IMG/VR virus record: IMGVR_UViG_3300028173_000007
Span: 1 to 64,000 of that record
DNA: 64,000 bases
Reading direction: 5' to 3' (one strand)
Source: a virus
In this document: positions 35,118 to 44,243 of the stretch, in pieces
Numbering within the stretch: the first letter of the stretch is position 1
Layout: each line of letters begins with the position of its first letter
The notes under the pieces: model-generated
What the model saw: the letters and a program-made list of their open reading frames with translations, nothing else
What the model was told of the DNA's origin: nothing
Database searches by the model: none
Position numbers and translations under genes: made by a program

Positions 35118-35633
35118 ATGGCGTCCGTCCTCGACATTCTCCGCAGCCTGGGCCGCCTGGGCCTGCGCCTCGACGTGGCCGCGATTCAGCGGTCATTCTC
35201 CCGAACCTCGAACGCCCTTCACGTTGTGACCGGGCCGGCGATGCCGGTGTACGCGAACATCGAAGCGGCCCGAGGCCTCCCCTACAACGACGTGGAGCCG
35301 CTGCTTTCGCAGGCGGGAGCGGCCGCGGCCGCGGCGCCGGCCGACCCCGCCGACATCAACGACGCGGCGAAGGATGCCGCGCTGGAGACCCGGTACTTTG
35401 GCCGAGCTCGCCTGTTTTGGCGGAACACCGCCGGCGGGACGCGCACGTCGGTCAACGTGACCGTGTGGGCCCGCACGGCCCTCGGCTGGGTCAAGACCAG
35501 TGACGCGGTGGTCGCCCTGGCCGAAGGCACCGAGTGGGTCATGGCGAACGTGGCCTATCGGGACGTGTACCTCGAAACGACCCTCACCGGGGGCGCCGGC
35601 GAGGTGACGATCTACGTCGGCGGGGAGGGCTGA
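35118..35633 (+). CDS. Hypothetical structural protein
   Basis: GAGGGG RBS; clean ORF in the operon. Confidence 0.7.
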   Translation: MASVLDILRSLGRLGLRLDVAAIQRSFSRTSNALHVVTGPAMPVYANIEAARGLPYNDVEPLLSQAGAAAAAAPADPADINDAAKDAALETRYFGRARLFWRNTAGGTRTSVNVTVWARTALGWVKTSDAVVALAEGTEWVMANVAYRDVYLETTLTGGAGEVTIYVGGEG

Positions 35634-35634
35634 C

Positions 35635-36108
35635 GTGCCGTCCCCGCTCAATTCGCCGCCGGTGTTCCTTCCCTTCGCGCCGACGCACGACACGTTGCCG
35701 TCGTCGCCCTACACGGGCCAACAGGTGACGCACGCGGCGTCGGGGGTGGTGTTCCGGTGGAACGGCGCGGCCTGGGCCGCGGCCGCGCCTGGGCGGGAGG
35801 TGGCGCCCGCTGGCGCTGGCGTGGTGGTGGGGCGACTGGTGACCGTTGTGGCTGGCCTGGCCGAGCTCACCGACCCCGCCGCGCACCTTCACTGTTCCGG
35901 CATCGTGGAGGCGGTCGTCGAGGCCCTCGCCGTCTTCCGCTTCGCTGGGCCGGTGGCCGGTTTCTCTGGCCTCACACCCGCCGCGACGATCTACGCCGGC
36001 GCCGGGGGGCTCCCCGTCGAGGACCCCGACGACGCCGAGAACGTGATCGCCGTCGGGTATGCCAGTGCGGCCGACACGATCCACGTTCAGCCGTCCGTCG
36101 GTGGGTGA
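35635..36108 (+). CDS. Hypothetical head decoration/fibre-associated protein
   Basis: GQQVT..GVVFRWNGAAW motif; C-terminal GLTPAATIY..VGYA pattern seen in capsid cement/fibre proteins. Confidence 0.6.
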   Translation: MPSPLNSPPVFLPFAPTHDTLPSSPYTGQQVTHAASGVVFRWNGAAWAAAAPGREVAPAGAGVVVGRLVTVVAGLAELTDPAAHLHCSGIVEAVVEALAVFRFAGPVAGFSGLTPAATIYAGAGGLPVEDPDDAENVIAVGYASAADTIHVQPSVGG

Positions 36109-36406
36109 GCCCTCGCGCCCGGTGGCGGCGGACCTCCTGCTCATCGCCCTACTCGACGCGGGCGGCGCGCGGCATGGTCGCGTAGTGGTCTCGGGGAACC
36201 GATGCCGGTTCCACCTTGACCTTGAACGCTTGGACCGCGAGGGCCTCGCCGACAACCTGGCGCTTCTGGCGTCGGCTGTGCGTGAGCTCCCCGAAGTTGC
36301 AACGACGGCCGACCTGGCCGACCTGTTTGAAACCTCGGTCCTGCGACAGTGGGACCGGGCCATCAAGGCCGCCAAATCGGCGGTACAACACGCCCGCAGG
36401 AGATAG
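36101..36406 (+). CDS. Hypothetical protein
   Basis: GTG 36101 overlaps the end of the previous gene; fills the operon gap. Confidence 0.55.
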   Translation: MGEPSRPVAADLLLIALLDAGGARHGRVVVSGNRCRFHLDLERLDREGLADNLALLASAVRELPEVATTADLADLFETSVLRQWDRAIKAAKSAVQHARRR

Positions 36407-36409
36407 CCC

Positions 36410-36874
36410 GTGCCCCGCAAGCCCTCACGCGCCCGCAAGACCTCAGTGTCCGAGTCGGAGGCCCGCGTAGCGGACCTGTTCGAGCGTCTCCAGGCGCACG
36501 GAAACGCCGAAATCGAGGCCTGGAATGCCCAGGTCGTCAAGATGGAGGCCGCCTGGGGCGCCTACCGCGCCCACCGCGTCGGCCGCATTCAGCGCGCAAA
36601 CACGGTCCTCGGCGGCCTCAAGGATAAGCTCGTCGACTTCGGCCGCGTCGGGCAGGGCCGCGCCCCGCTCTACGCCGACCGGCGGCCCCTGGCGGACCTC
36701 TACCGCGAGGGCGTGGCGGTCCTGGGCGACCCCATCCCCGAGGACGACGCCGCAATCCTGGCCGTTCTGGGCGCCGAGGTGGCCGCATTCCTGGCCGAGT
36801 CCCCAGCCTTGCCGCCCGCACTTCCGGCGCCCACCGAGGACGACGCCGACGAACTCATCGAGCCTGAGCTCTAG
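36410..36874 (+). CDS. Hypothetical helical protein
   Basis: AGGAG RBS; GC3-rich codons. Confidence 0.7.
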   Translation: MPRKPSRARKTSVSESEARVADLFERLQAHGNAEIEAWNAQVVKMEAAWGAYRAHRVGRIQRANTVLGGLKDKLVDFGRVGQGRAPLYADRRPLADLYREGVAVLGDPIPEDDAAILAVLGAEVAAFLAESPALPPALPAPTEDDADELIEPEL

Positions 36875-36958
36875 CGACGGCGCCGTCCTCGGGATACGCT
36901 CCAGGCGCCCGAAAGGCCCGCACGCTCGCTCGCATAAACCCAACTGAGAGGTGCGCTT

Positions 36959-39751
36959 ATGTCTTTCGGGACCCCCGTTTCCTTGCGCCGGTGGGATACC
37001 ACCGCCAACAAGATCGCCCGGCTCAACGCCAACGACACGGACGCGAACAACGTCCTCGCCATGAACCAGATCCGCGCGGGCGAGTTTCACCTCGCGTCGG
37101 GCGGCGGCGGGTCCCCGATCTACGACGGGGCGACTGGCGCCGTGGCTGTGGCCACGCTGCGCGACAGCGGCGCGCACAACTTCGGCCTGAGCGGCGCCGC
37201 GATCACCTTCGATGGTGACGTGGTGGTGTCGGGCGATCTCATGCTCACCGGGCAGACCTTGACGGTCAACGGCGAGGTGAGCCTCACCGACTCGCACGTC
37301 TACATGAACGCGGGCTACCAGACGGCCGCGGGCCGCGCCGGCGGCCTGGCCGTGAACTACTTGCCCACCGCCACGGTGGACACGGCGAACGGCGCGGTTG
37401 CGGCCACCACCCTCGCCACGACCGGGACGGGGATCTTTGCCGCGGGCGATTTCGTGCAGATCGCGAGCTCGGACAACGGGATCGACGGCGTGTACGAGGT
37501 CGTGAGCCACACGGCAAACGTCCTGACGATCAACGGCACCCCGACCCACCAGTTCTGCGCCACGGCGATGGCCGTCGGCACCGAGGACACCGGAACGAAG
37601 CTGACGAAGGTCACCGTTTCGGTGCTCCAGGCGGGCACCGATGGCCTGTGGGAGATGGGCAAGGGCGCCACCGCGTCGGACTTGACCTCCGACCTGGAGG
37701 ACCTCGGCGCCGCCGCCCTGACCGGCATCCTCGAAGACCTCGACACCCTGGGGGCGGCGGCCTCCGACGGGCAGTTCATCGTCGCCACGGGCGCGGGCGC
37801 CTTCGCCTACGAGTCCGGCGCCACCGTCCGCACCTCGCTCGGGCTGGCCATCGGCTCGGACGTGCAGGCCTATGACGCCGAGCTCGCCGCGCTGGCGGGC
37901 CTGACCTCGGCGGCCGACGGCCTGCCCTACTTCACCGGCAGCGGGACGGCCGCCCTGGCCACCATGACCGCGGCGGGCCGGGCCATCCTCGACGACGCCG
38001 ACGCGAGCGCCCAGCGCACGACCCTGGGCCTGGCCATCGGCTCGGACGTGCAGGCCTACGACGCGGAGCTCGCCGCGCTGGCGGGCCTGACCTCGGCGGC
38101 CGACTCCCTGCCCTACTTCACCGGCAGCGGGACGGCCGCCCTGGCCACCATGACCGCGGCGGGTCGGGCCATCCTCGACGACGCCAACGCGAGCGCCCAG
38201 CGCACCACGCTCGGCCTGGCCATCGGCTCGGACGTGCAGGCCTACGACGCGGACCTGGCCGCCATCGCCGCGCTGGCCAACACCGACGGGAACTTCATGG
38301 TCGGCAACGGCTCGGCCTGGGTGGCCGAGTCCGGCGCCACGGCGCGCACCAGCCTCGGGCTGGGCACCGGCGACTCGCCCACCTTCGCCAACGCGACCCT
38401 GACGACGGACCTCACCGTCGCCACGATCACGGGCCAGGCGTCCTCGGTGGTGATCGGCGCGGCCTCCGACATGGTGAGCATCGGCTCCTACGGCGGCGGG
38501 AACACCCTCACCATGTACGGGTCCACCGTGTCGATCTCGGGCGACGACGGCGCCGTCGACACCATCGGCGCCGGGCTGAACTTCACGGGCGGCATGGGCG
38601 GCGCCTACAGCGCGACGAGCGCGGCGGGCGGCGGCGGCTTCAACTTCAACACCGGGTCGGGTGGGGCCGGCGGCGGGTCCGGCCTCGACGGCGCCGCCGG
38701 CGGCGATGTCTACTTCACCTTGGGGGGCGGCGGGTCGAACATCGGCTTCACCGGCGGCAAGGGCGGCAGCTTCAACGTGTCCGGCGGTCAAGGCGGCGAT
38801 GCGGAGAATGGTGGCGACGTGACCTTCGACGCCGGCATGGCCGGGTCGGGCGGGTCCGACGGCGCGATCAGCATCGGCGCCAGCTACGCACTCACCCTGG
38901 CGCTGGCGAACAGCGCCACCACGACGAGCGCCTACGGCCTGTGGGACTTCGCCAACACGGGCGGGTCCACCGGGAACGCCGACTTCGACGTGGCCGGCTA
39001 CGCGCAGTTCGCGGGGGCGGTCGAATTCGACTCCACCGTGCAACTGGACGGGGCGGCCACCTTCAACGCGGACGCGACCTTCGCCGACGCCGTGAAGGTC
39101 CAGTTCGGGACCGGGACCGATGCCGACATCGCCTGGGTGGACGGGTCGAGTCTGCTCGACTTCAACGTCACCGGCTCGCTGGAGATCGACACCTCGGCCG
39201 CCATCGCCATCGAGAGCTCGGGCGGGGCGATCAGCATCGGGGCCGACGCGGTGGCCCAGGCGATCAACATCGGCACCGCCGGCGCGCGCACGGTCAAGCT
39301 CGGCAACACCGCGGCCACCGTCGAGATCGACGGGCCGGTCGTCCAGCAGATCGACGAGGGCTGGGGCGTCAAGACCGGCGCGGGCGGGCTGGACGTGGCC
39401 ACCAACACGGTCGGCACCGGCGCGGTGGTCTACTTCTCGGGCAACGACACGCTCAGCGGGGCCACCGCGGCCAGCAGCGGGGGTGCCGAGGATACCTTCG
39501 GCGTGTACGATGGCACGACGATTGTGGACCGTGGTCCGGTGACCATCGCGAAGAAGACGGGGGCGGCGTGGACGGCGGGCGACAAGGTGTACCTCGACCC
39601 CACCAACAGCGAGGCGACCACCACGGCCCCCAGCGGGTCGAGCGAGTGGGTGCGCAGCCTCGGCCGCGTCATGACCTCGGCGGCCAGCGGGGACGCCACC
39701 GGCCGCGTGTGGCTGACCCTCTCGGAAGACCCGATGCAGAACCCGGCGTAA
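36959..39751 (+). CDS. Long Gly/Ala/Thr-rich fibre protein (probable head/neck fibre, 930 aa)
   Basis: GAGGTG RBS; tandem 62-aa repeats (LGLAIGSDVQAYDAELAALAGL..LPYFTG), Gly-rich GG repeats and C-terminal AGDKVYL..TTTAP..LGRV; encoded between capsid and neck genes. Confidence 0.8.
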   Translation: MSFGTPVSLRRWDTTANKIARLNANDTDANNVLAMNQIRAGEFHLASGGGGSPIYDGATGAVAVATLRDSGAHNFGLSGAAITFDGDVVVSGDLMLTGQTLTVNGEVSLTDSHVYMNAGYQTAAGRAGGLAVNYLPTATVDTANGAVAATTLATTGTGIFAAGDFVQIASSDNGIDGVYEVVSHTANVLTINGTPTHQFCATAMAVGTEDTGTKLTKVTVSVLQAGTDGLWEMGKGATASDLTSDLEDLGAAALTGILEDLDTLGAAASDGQFIVATGAGAFAYESGATVRTSLGLAIGSDVQAYDAELAALAGLTSAADGLPYFTGSGTAALATMTAAGRAILDDADASAQRTTLGLAIGSDVQAYDAELAALAGLTSAADSLPYFTGSGTAALATMTAAGRAILDDANASAQRTTLGLAIGSDVQAYDADLAAIAALANTDGNFMVGNGSAWVAESGATARTSLGLGTGDSPTFANATLTTDLTVATITGQASSVVIGAASDMVSIGSYGGGNTLTMYGSTVSISGDDGAVDTIGAGLNFTGGMGGAYSATSAAGGGGFNFNTGSGGAGGGSGLDGAAGGDVYFTLGGGGSNIGFTGGKGGSFNVSGGQGGDAENGGDVTFDAGMAGSGGSDGAISIGASYALTLALANSATTTSAYGLWDFANTGGSTGNADFDVAGYAQFAGAVEFDSTVQLDGAATFNADATFADAVKVQFGTGTDADIAWVDGSSLLDFNVTGSLEIDTSAAIAIESSGGAISIGADAVAQAINIGTAGARTVKLGNTAATVEIDGPVVQQIDEGWGVKTGAGGLDVATNTVGTGAVVYFSGNDTLSGATAASSGGAEDTFGVYDGTTIVDRGPVTIAKKTGAAWTAGDKVYLDPTNSEATTTAPSGSSEWVRSLGRVMTSAASGDATGRVWLTLSEDPMQNPA
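37829..38270 (+). repeat. 186-nt (62-aa) tandem repeat, two full copies plus a partial third
   Basis: TGGCCATCGGCTCGGACGTGCAGGCC recurs at 37845, 38031 and 38217. Confidence 0.9.
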
Positions 39752-39768
39752 GCCGAAGGGGGGCGTAG

Positions 39769-40092
39769 ATGGCCCGACGTAAGAAGCCCGCGCCCCCCAG
39801 CTTCGGCGCCGAGGTCCCGCTAGGGGATCTCGTCGCCAGGCTGGCCGTTGCGGCCCTCGTGACGCGAGTCGGTCGCCCCCATGAGGTGCCCGCCATGCAA
39901 CGCCAGGCGGACGCCTTGACGGCGGCCCTGAACTCGGTGCCGTGTCGCTTCGATCTCACCGCCACCGACGACGCCGGCGCCGAGTTACTACAGCGAGTCG
40001 AGGCCGGCGACCTGGGCGTCCTCGACGCCATCGTTCGAGCGAGCCGGGCCGGGCATGGACTCACTGTGACCCCCACGAAGGTTTCGCCATGA
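39769..40092 (+). CDS. Hypothetical protein
   Basis: ORF in the operon; ATGA overlap with the next gene. Confidence 0.6.
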   Translation: MARRKKPAPPSFGAEVPLGDLVARLAVAALVTRVGRPHEVPAMQRQADALTAALNSVPCRFDLTATDDAGAELLQRVEAGDLGVLDAIVRASRAGHGLTVTPTKVSP

Positions 40093-40331
40093 GCTCCCCG
40101 CCTGTGGCCAACCGCTTTGGCGTCACGGCCTCAATCGAGGACGGGCTCGCCGTCCTCTCGTTCGCCTACCAGCCGCCCGCGGTGCCTGGCCGGGAGCCGC
40201 GGGGCCCCGTCGTGGTGAGCACGCAGGCGCTCCCGCTACCCGTGGTGCGCGGCCTCCGCGCGGCCCTCGAAGAACTCGAAGTGCGCCTCGCCCAGCACGA
40301 GGTCACGACTCGCCCGACAGGGGGGCACTAG
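40089..40331 (+). CDS. Small hypothetical protein
   Basis: ATG 40089 coupled to the upstream stop; ANRFGV..LSF..LPLPVVRGL beta-beta-helix pattern. Confidence 0.6.
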   Translation: MSSPPVANRFGVTASIEDGLAVLSFAYQPPAVPGREPRGPVVVSTQALPLPVVRGLRAALEELEVRLAQHEVTTRPTGGH

Positions 40332-41720
40332 GTGGCCATCTTCGGCAAAATCGGACAGCCCGTTCGCATTCAGGCCCCGATCTACGAGCTCGACGGGGTG
40401 ACCCGAAAGGCCGGCGTCGCGGCCGACGTGGACGTGCAGGTGCTCGTGGGTGGCGTTGACGCCGCCCTGGCGTCCACCGTCAACGAGATCGCCACCGACG
40501 CGGGCCCCGAGTACCTCGTGACCTTCACGCCGCTTGTGGAGGGCCTGCACACCGTCCGCATTCGCTACGCCCCGACCATGACCGACCTCGGCGACGAGGT
40601 GCAGGTGTGGCGGCACAACTTCAACGACTTGGCGGGATTTACGGTGCTCCCGCTGGCCCGCGCGGCGGTGGACGTGGGGAACGCCGTCGAGCTCCGCGTG
40701 CGCTTCGTCCTCAACGATGGCACGCCGTTTGATCCCTTCGAGCTCCGACAGGTGGTGATCACCAACGCGGACACGTCCGCGGTGCTGTGGACTATCGGCG
40801 CGGCGGGCATCGAGCGACTGGCCGAGGGCGAGTATCGCGTCTGGACCCCCGTAGCCCTCGGCGAGAGCCTCACGCTGGCGGATCGTTGGTACTTCAAGGG
40901 CTTCAACGGGTCGGAGCAGTCGCGGGGCTTCGCGCGCGTCGTGGCGGCCGTGGTGGGCGCCACCGACCTGCTCGTCACGGTCGAGCGGCTCAAGCGTCAC
41001 GAGCTCGGCGGGGTGGACCTCACCGACAACGACGGAAACCCGCTGGCGCTGGAGACCTTCGAGGAATCCATCCGAGAGGCCACCGACGAGCTCGCCGCCC
41101 GGCTGGATATCAAGCTCGCGCCCGAGGTGGTCACCGAACACCACGACTACGACCTTTCCCGGTGGTCGATGTTCGGCTGGACCGAGGTAGACCACCGGCC
41201 GCTGCGCGAGGTCCTCAAGGTCGAGGCCTCATACCAGGGTAGCGGCTACGTCCTTCCGTTCCCCGTCGAATGGATCAACATCGTTGACCCCGACTTCGGG
41301 CAGTTCAACGTGGTTCCGCAGACGGGAACCCTTGAACAGTTCCTCACCATGCAAGCGGGTAACGCGGTGGGCTCGCTCATGCCCGTGTTGCACCCCGGCG
41401 GATCCCCGTGGTGGCCGAACCTCTTTCACGTCACCTACCGCGCCGGCTTCGACGTGGGGAAGGTGCCGCCGCGCATTCAGAAGGCGATTGCGCTCAAAGC
41501 GGGCATCGAGATCCTCAACATCGCCGGCGAGATGATCATCGGGTCGGGCATCGCCAGCCAGTCGATCAGCATCGGCGGCCTCTCGCAGTCGGTGTCGACG
41601 ACGAGCTCGGCGACGAACGCCGGACACGGCGCGCTCATCATCCAGTTCACCAACCAACTGAAAGAGCTCATTCCGGCCATCCGGCGCCAGTACCACGGCG
41701 TGAGCTTCGGGGTGGTGTGA
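40332..41720 (+). CDS. Head-tail adaptor/neck protein with N-terminal Ig-like domains
   Basis: C-terminal VTYRAGF..GIASQSISIGGLSQSVSTTSSATNAGHGA resembles SPO1/Twort-like head-tail connectors. Confidence 0.75.
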   Translation: MAIFGKIGQPVRIQAPIYELDGVTRKAGVAADVDVQVLVGGVDAALASTVNEIATDAGPEYLVTFTPLVEGLHTVRIRYAPTMTDLGDEVQVWRHNFNDLAGFTVLPLARAAVDVGNAVELRVRFVLNDGTPFDPFELRQVVITNADTSAVLWTIGAAGIERLAEGEYRVWTPVALGESLTLADRWYFKGFNGSEQSRGFARVVAAVVGATDLLVTVERLKRHELGGVDLTDNDGNPLALETFEESIREATDELAARLDIKLAPEVVTEHHDYDLSRWSMFGWTEVDHRPLREVLKVEASYQGSGYVLPFPVEWINIVDPDFGQFNVVPQTGTLEQFLTMQAGNAVGSLMPVLHPGGSPWWPNLFHVTYRAGFDVGKVPPRIQKAIALKAGIEILNIAGEMIIGSGIASQSISIGGLSQSVSTTSSATNAGHGALIIQFTNQLKELIPAIRRQYHGVSFGVV

Positions 41721-41721
41721 C

Positions 41722-42591
41722 GTGGCCGAGTGGTGGATCGACAAGGCCGGCCAGCCGGCCAGGCGGGCGCCAAAGCACGGCGGCAAGAGCTCGGGCGTCT
41801 ACTTCGATCCCGACAAGTTCGAGCGGGCCATTCAGGAACAGGGCGACCTTGTGCGCTGGGAGCAGGCGGCCCGGTGCCCGTGCTCGAACCCCACCGGCCA
41901 CGCGGACCCGCTGTGCGAGTCCTGCGGCGGGCAGGGCTGGGAGTATCACTCGCCCCTTGAGATCCGCGCCATCGTCGACCGCCTGGAATTCAGGATCGAC
42001 GCGCTGGAGAAGATGGGGGACTTGGCCTTCGGCTCGGTCGCTTGCACGTTGCAGCCGGTCCACCGGCTCAATTTCCGCGACCGGCTGGTGCTACTTGAGA
42101 ACGTGATCGGTCACTCGGAGCTCACCCGCCGGCGCGGCCAGGTGGACCGGCTCGCCTTCCCCATCGCGCACACCACCGAGCGGGTGCTCACGAAGAACGC
42201 CGCCGGCGAGGAAGTGGTGCGCCAGTGGAAGGCGGGCGTCTTGCGCTTGCGGTTGCAGACCGGCGACCGCACGCCCGGCCCCGTGCTCCGCGAGGGCCTC
42301 GACTTCGCGGTGACGGGCGACGGGCGCATCGACTGGAGCCTCGGGGACCAGCGCGGGACCGCCCCAGGGCTCCCCGAGGGCCCCCGCGCGCCAGGTGGCG
42401 CCTACGCGGTGACCTACTACCACCACCCGAGCTACATCGTGTCCAACTGGCCCTATGCCATGCGAACGCTCCACGTCCAGCGGAAGCGCCCGAGCCCCGA
42501 GCACCTCCCCGGCCCGATCAGCGCCTTCGCCCAGCTTGAGGCCCGCCGCGACGAATTCGGGGCGACCATCGTGGAGGATCCCGGTGCGTGA
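41722..42591 (+). CDS. Neck/head-closure protein
   Basis: VRWEQAARCPC..CESCGGQGW motif typical of Twort-like neck proteins; position in the operon. Confidence 0.75.
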   Translation: MAEWWIDKAGQPARRAPKHGGKSSGVYFDPDKFERAIQEQGDLVRWEQAARCPCSNPTGHADPLCESCGGQGWEYHSPLEIRAIVDRLEFRIDALEKMGDLAFGSVACTLQPVHRLNFRDRLVLLENVIGHSELTRRRGQVDRLAFPIAHTTERVLTKNAAGEEVVRQWKAGVLRLRLQTGDRTPGPVLREGLDFAVTGDGRIDWSLGDQRGTAPGLPEGPRAPGGAYAVTYYHHPSYIVSNWPYAMRTLHVQRKRPSPEHLPGPISAFAQLEARRDEFGATIVEDPGA

Positions 42592-43558
42592 GAAGGACCT
42601 CGGCGTCGAGCTCGACGCGCTGCTAGACCTTGAGGGGTGGGGGCGGACCTCGGTGGAGCTCCGCTTGCGCCGCATCCTGCGAATGGCGCGCGCGCACGCG
42701 GTCGAGCTCGCCGGGACCCGCCTCGAAGGGCCGCGCCAACAGTGGGTCGACGCCCTGGGCGAGCCGACCTTCGAGGCCCTCTCCCCCACCATCATGCGCG
42801 CGTCGCTGGTGCTGGGTGAGGGCGGCGCCGCGGGCAACGTCAAGGCCTTCGCCCACATGCTCGAAGAAGGCGCCCCCGCGTGGGATCTGCGCCTGACCAT
42901 GTTCCCCGGCCGCCCCGAGAAGCAGCACCAGATCAAGCGGGACGCCGAGGGGTTTCGCTACCGTTCGATCCCGTTCAAGCACTCAATGGGCGGCGCGAAG
43001 CCCGCGGGGCACCAGTTCACCCGAACCGGCCAGCGCCCCAACAGCCTCGCCCACCGCGGAGCTCTCGACTTGGCCGGGGCCCAGGTCGTGAACCGCGCGG
43101 TGTCCGATGGGATGGCGCGGATCAAGGGCCGCGACGCCCGCCGCGCGGCGGGCCAACTTCCGCCGCACACGCGCGGCAACACGCGCACCGCGCCGGGCCT
43201 CCCGACGAAGTGGGGCGAGCGCCTCGACGCCGGCCTGGCGCCCATCCTGCGGCAACGGCACGTCACCGACATTTTCTCGGGCATGGTCCGCACCTCGAAG
43301 GACTACGAGAAGAAGCAGGACGAGGGCGGCCACATGACGTTTCGGACGATCTCGGAGAATCCGGGGACGCACCGCTACGACACCGACGGACGCGGAGGCC
43401 CAGGAGGAAAGCGCAACGTCATGGGGAACACCTCAGAGCGCAACTGGACGCACCCCGGCTTCCCTGGCGTGTTCATCCTGCGCGATACGCAGTCCTACGC
43501 CTTGAGCATCGCCGGCGAGCACTTCGGCCCGCTCGACTCGGGGGCCCCCGGTGCGTGA
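42584..43558 (+). CDS. Neck/tail completion protein
   Basis: GGAGGA RBS then GTG 42584; IPFKH..TFRTISE..WTHPG motifs. Confidence 0.65.
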   Translation: MREKDLGVELDALLDLEGWGRTSVELRLRRILRMARAHAVELAGTRLEGPRQQWVDALGEPTFEALSPTIMRASLVLGEGGAAGNVKAFAHMLEEGAPAWDLRLTMFPGRPEKQHQIKRDAEGFRYRSIPFKHSMGGAKPAGHQFTRTGQRPNSLAHRGALDLAGAQVVNRAVSDGMARIKGRDARRAAGQLPPHTRGNTRTAPGLPTKWGERLDAGLAPILRQRHVTDIFSGMVRTSKDYEKKQDEGGHMTFRTISENPGTHRYDTDGRGGPGGKRNVMGNTSERNWTHPGFPGVFILRDTQSYALSIAGEHFGPLDSGAPGA

Positions 43559-44243
43559 GCATCCAGACGACGCCCTCGGCCCGCAGGCCGTCGCGCCTGG
43601 CGACGGTGGCGCACACTCGCTGTACGCCTTCGCGGAGCGGTTGTTTGTAGAGGCCCTCGTCAACGGGGTGATCCAGTTCCAAGCGAACCCCCGGCATTGG
43701 GATGCCCTGCTCGGCTTCATTGACGAACTCGAACGGGCCAACGTGCGCCGCGTCATGGAGGCCCGCCCGCCCTCGATTCGCCACGGCTACGCGCGCGACG
43801 GGGACCCCTGGCCGGTGATCGGGGTCACGCTGGGATCTGAGGTCCCGAACCTCGACGTAGCGGGGGGCGTGCTGGCGGTCGAGGATGGCGTGCTGGAACT
43901 CGGGGAGATCCGAACGCAGAACCTCGACTTGACGATCTACGCGGACAATCCCGATCTGGCGCTGTACCTGTATCACTGGACGAACTACGTCCTACTCGCG
44001 CACACCGATTGGCTGCACCGGCAGGGTTTGATGATGCCGCAGTTCACCTCGGGGCAGGAGCTCGCGCCCGACCCGCGATACCTCCCCGAGACGTGCTATC
44101 TTCGGCGCGCGACTTGGCAGGTGACCGGCGAAGTGTACGCCGCGATCCCCATGCGTGACCCGCCGGGGCGGGTGTACGCAGCGAACCCGACGGCGGTCGT
44201 AGACGGTCACCGCGGGCTGATCCGAACCGGAGGTGCGGAATGA
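43551..44243 (+). CDS. Putative tail terminator/completion protein
   Basis: Immediately upstream of the sheath gene; WPVIGVTL..E pattern. Confidence 0.55.
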   Translation: MREHPDDALGPQAVAPGDGGAHSLYAFAERLFVEALVNGVIQFQANPRHWDALLGFIDELERANVRRVMEARPPSIRHGYARDGDPWPVIGVTLGSEVPNLDVAGGVLAVEDGVLELGEIRTQNLDLTIYADNPDLALYLYHWTNYVLLAHTDWLHRQGLMMPQFTSGQELAPDPRYLPETCYLRRATWQVTGEVYAAIPMRDPPGRVYAANPTAVVDGHRGLIRTGGAE

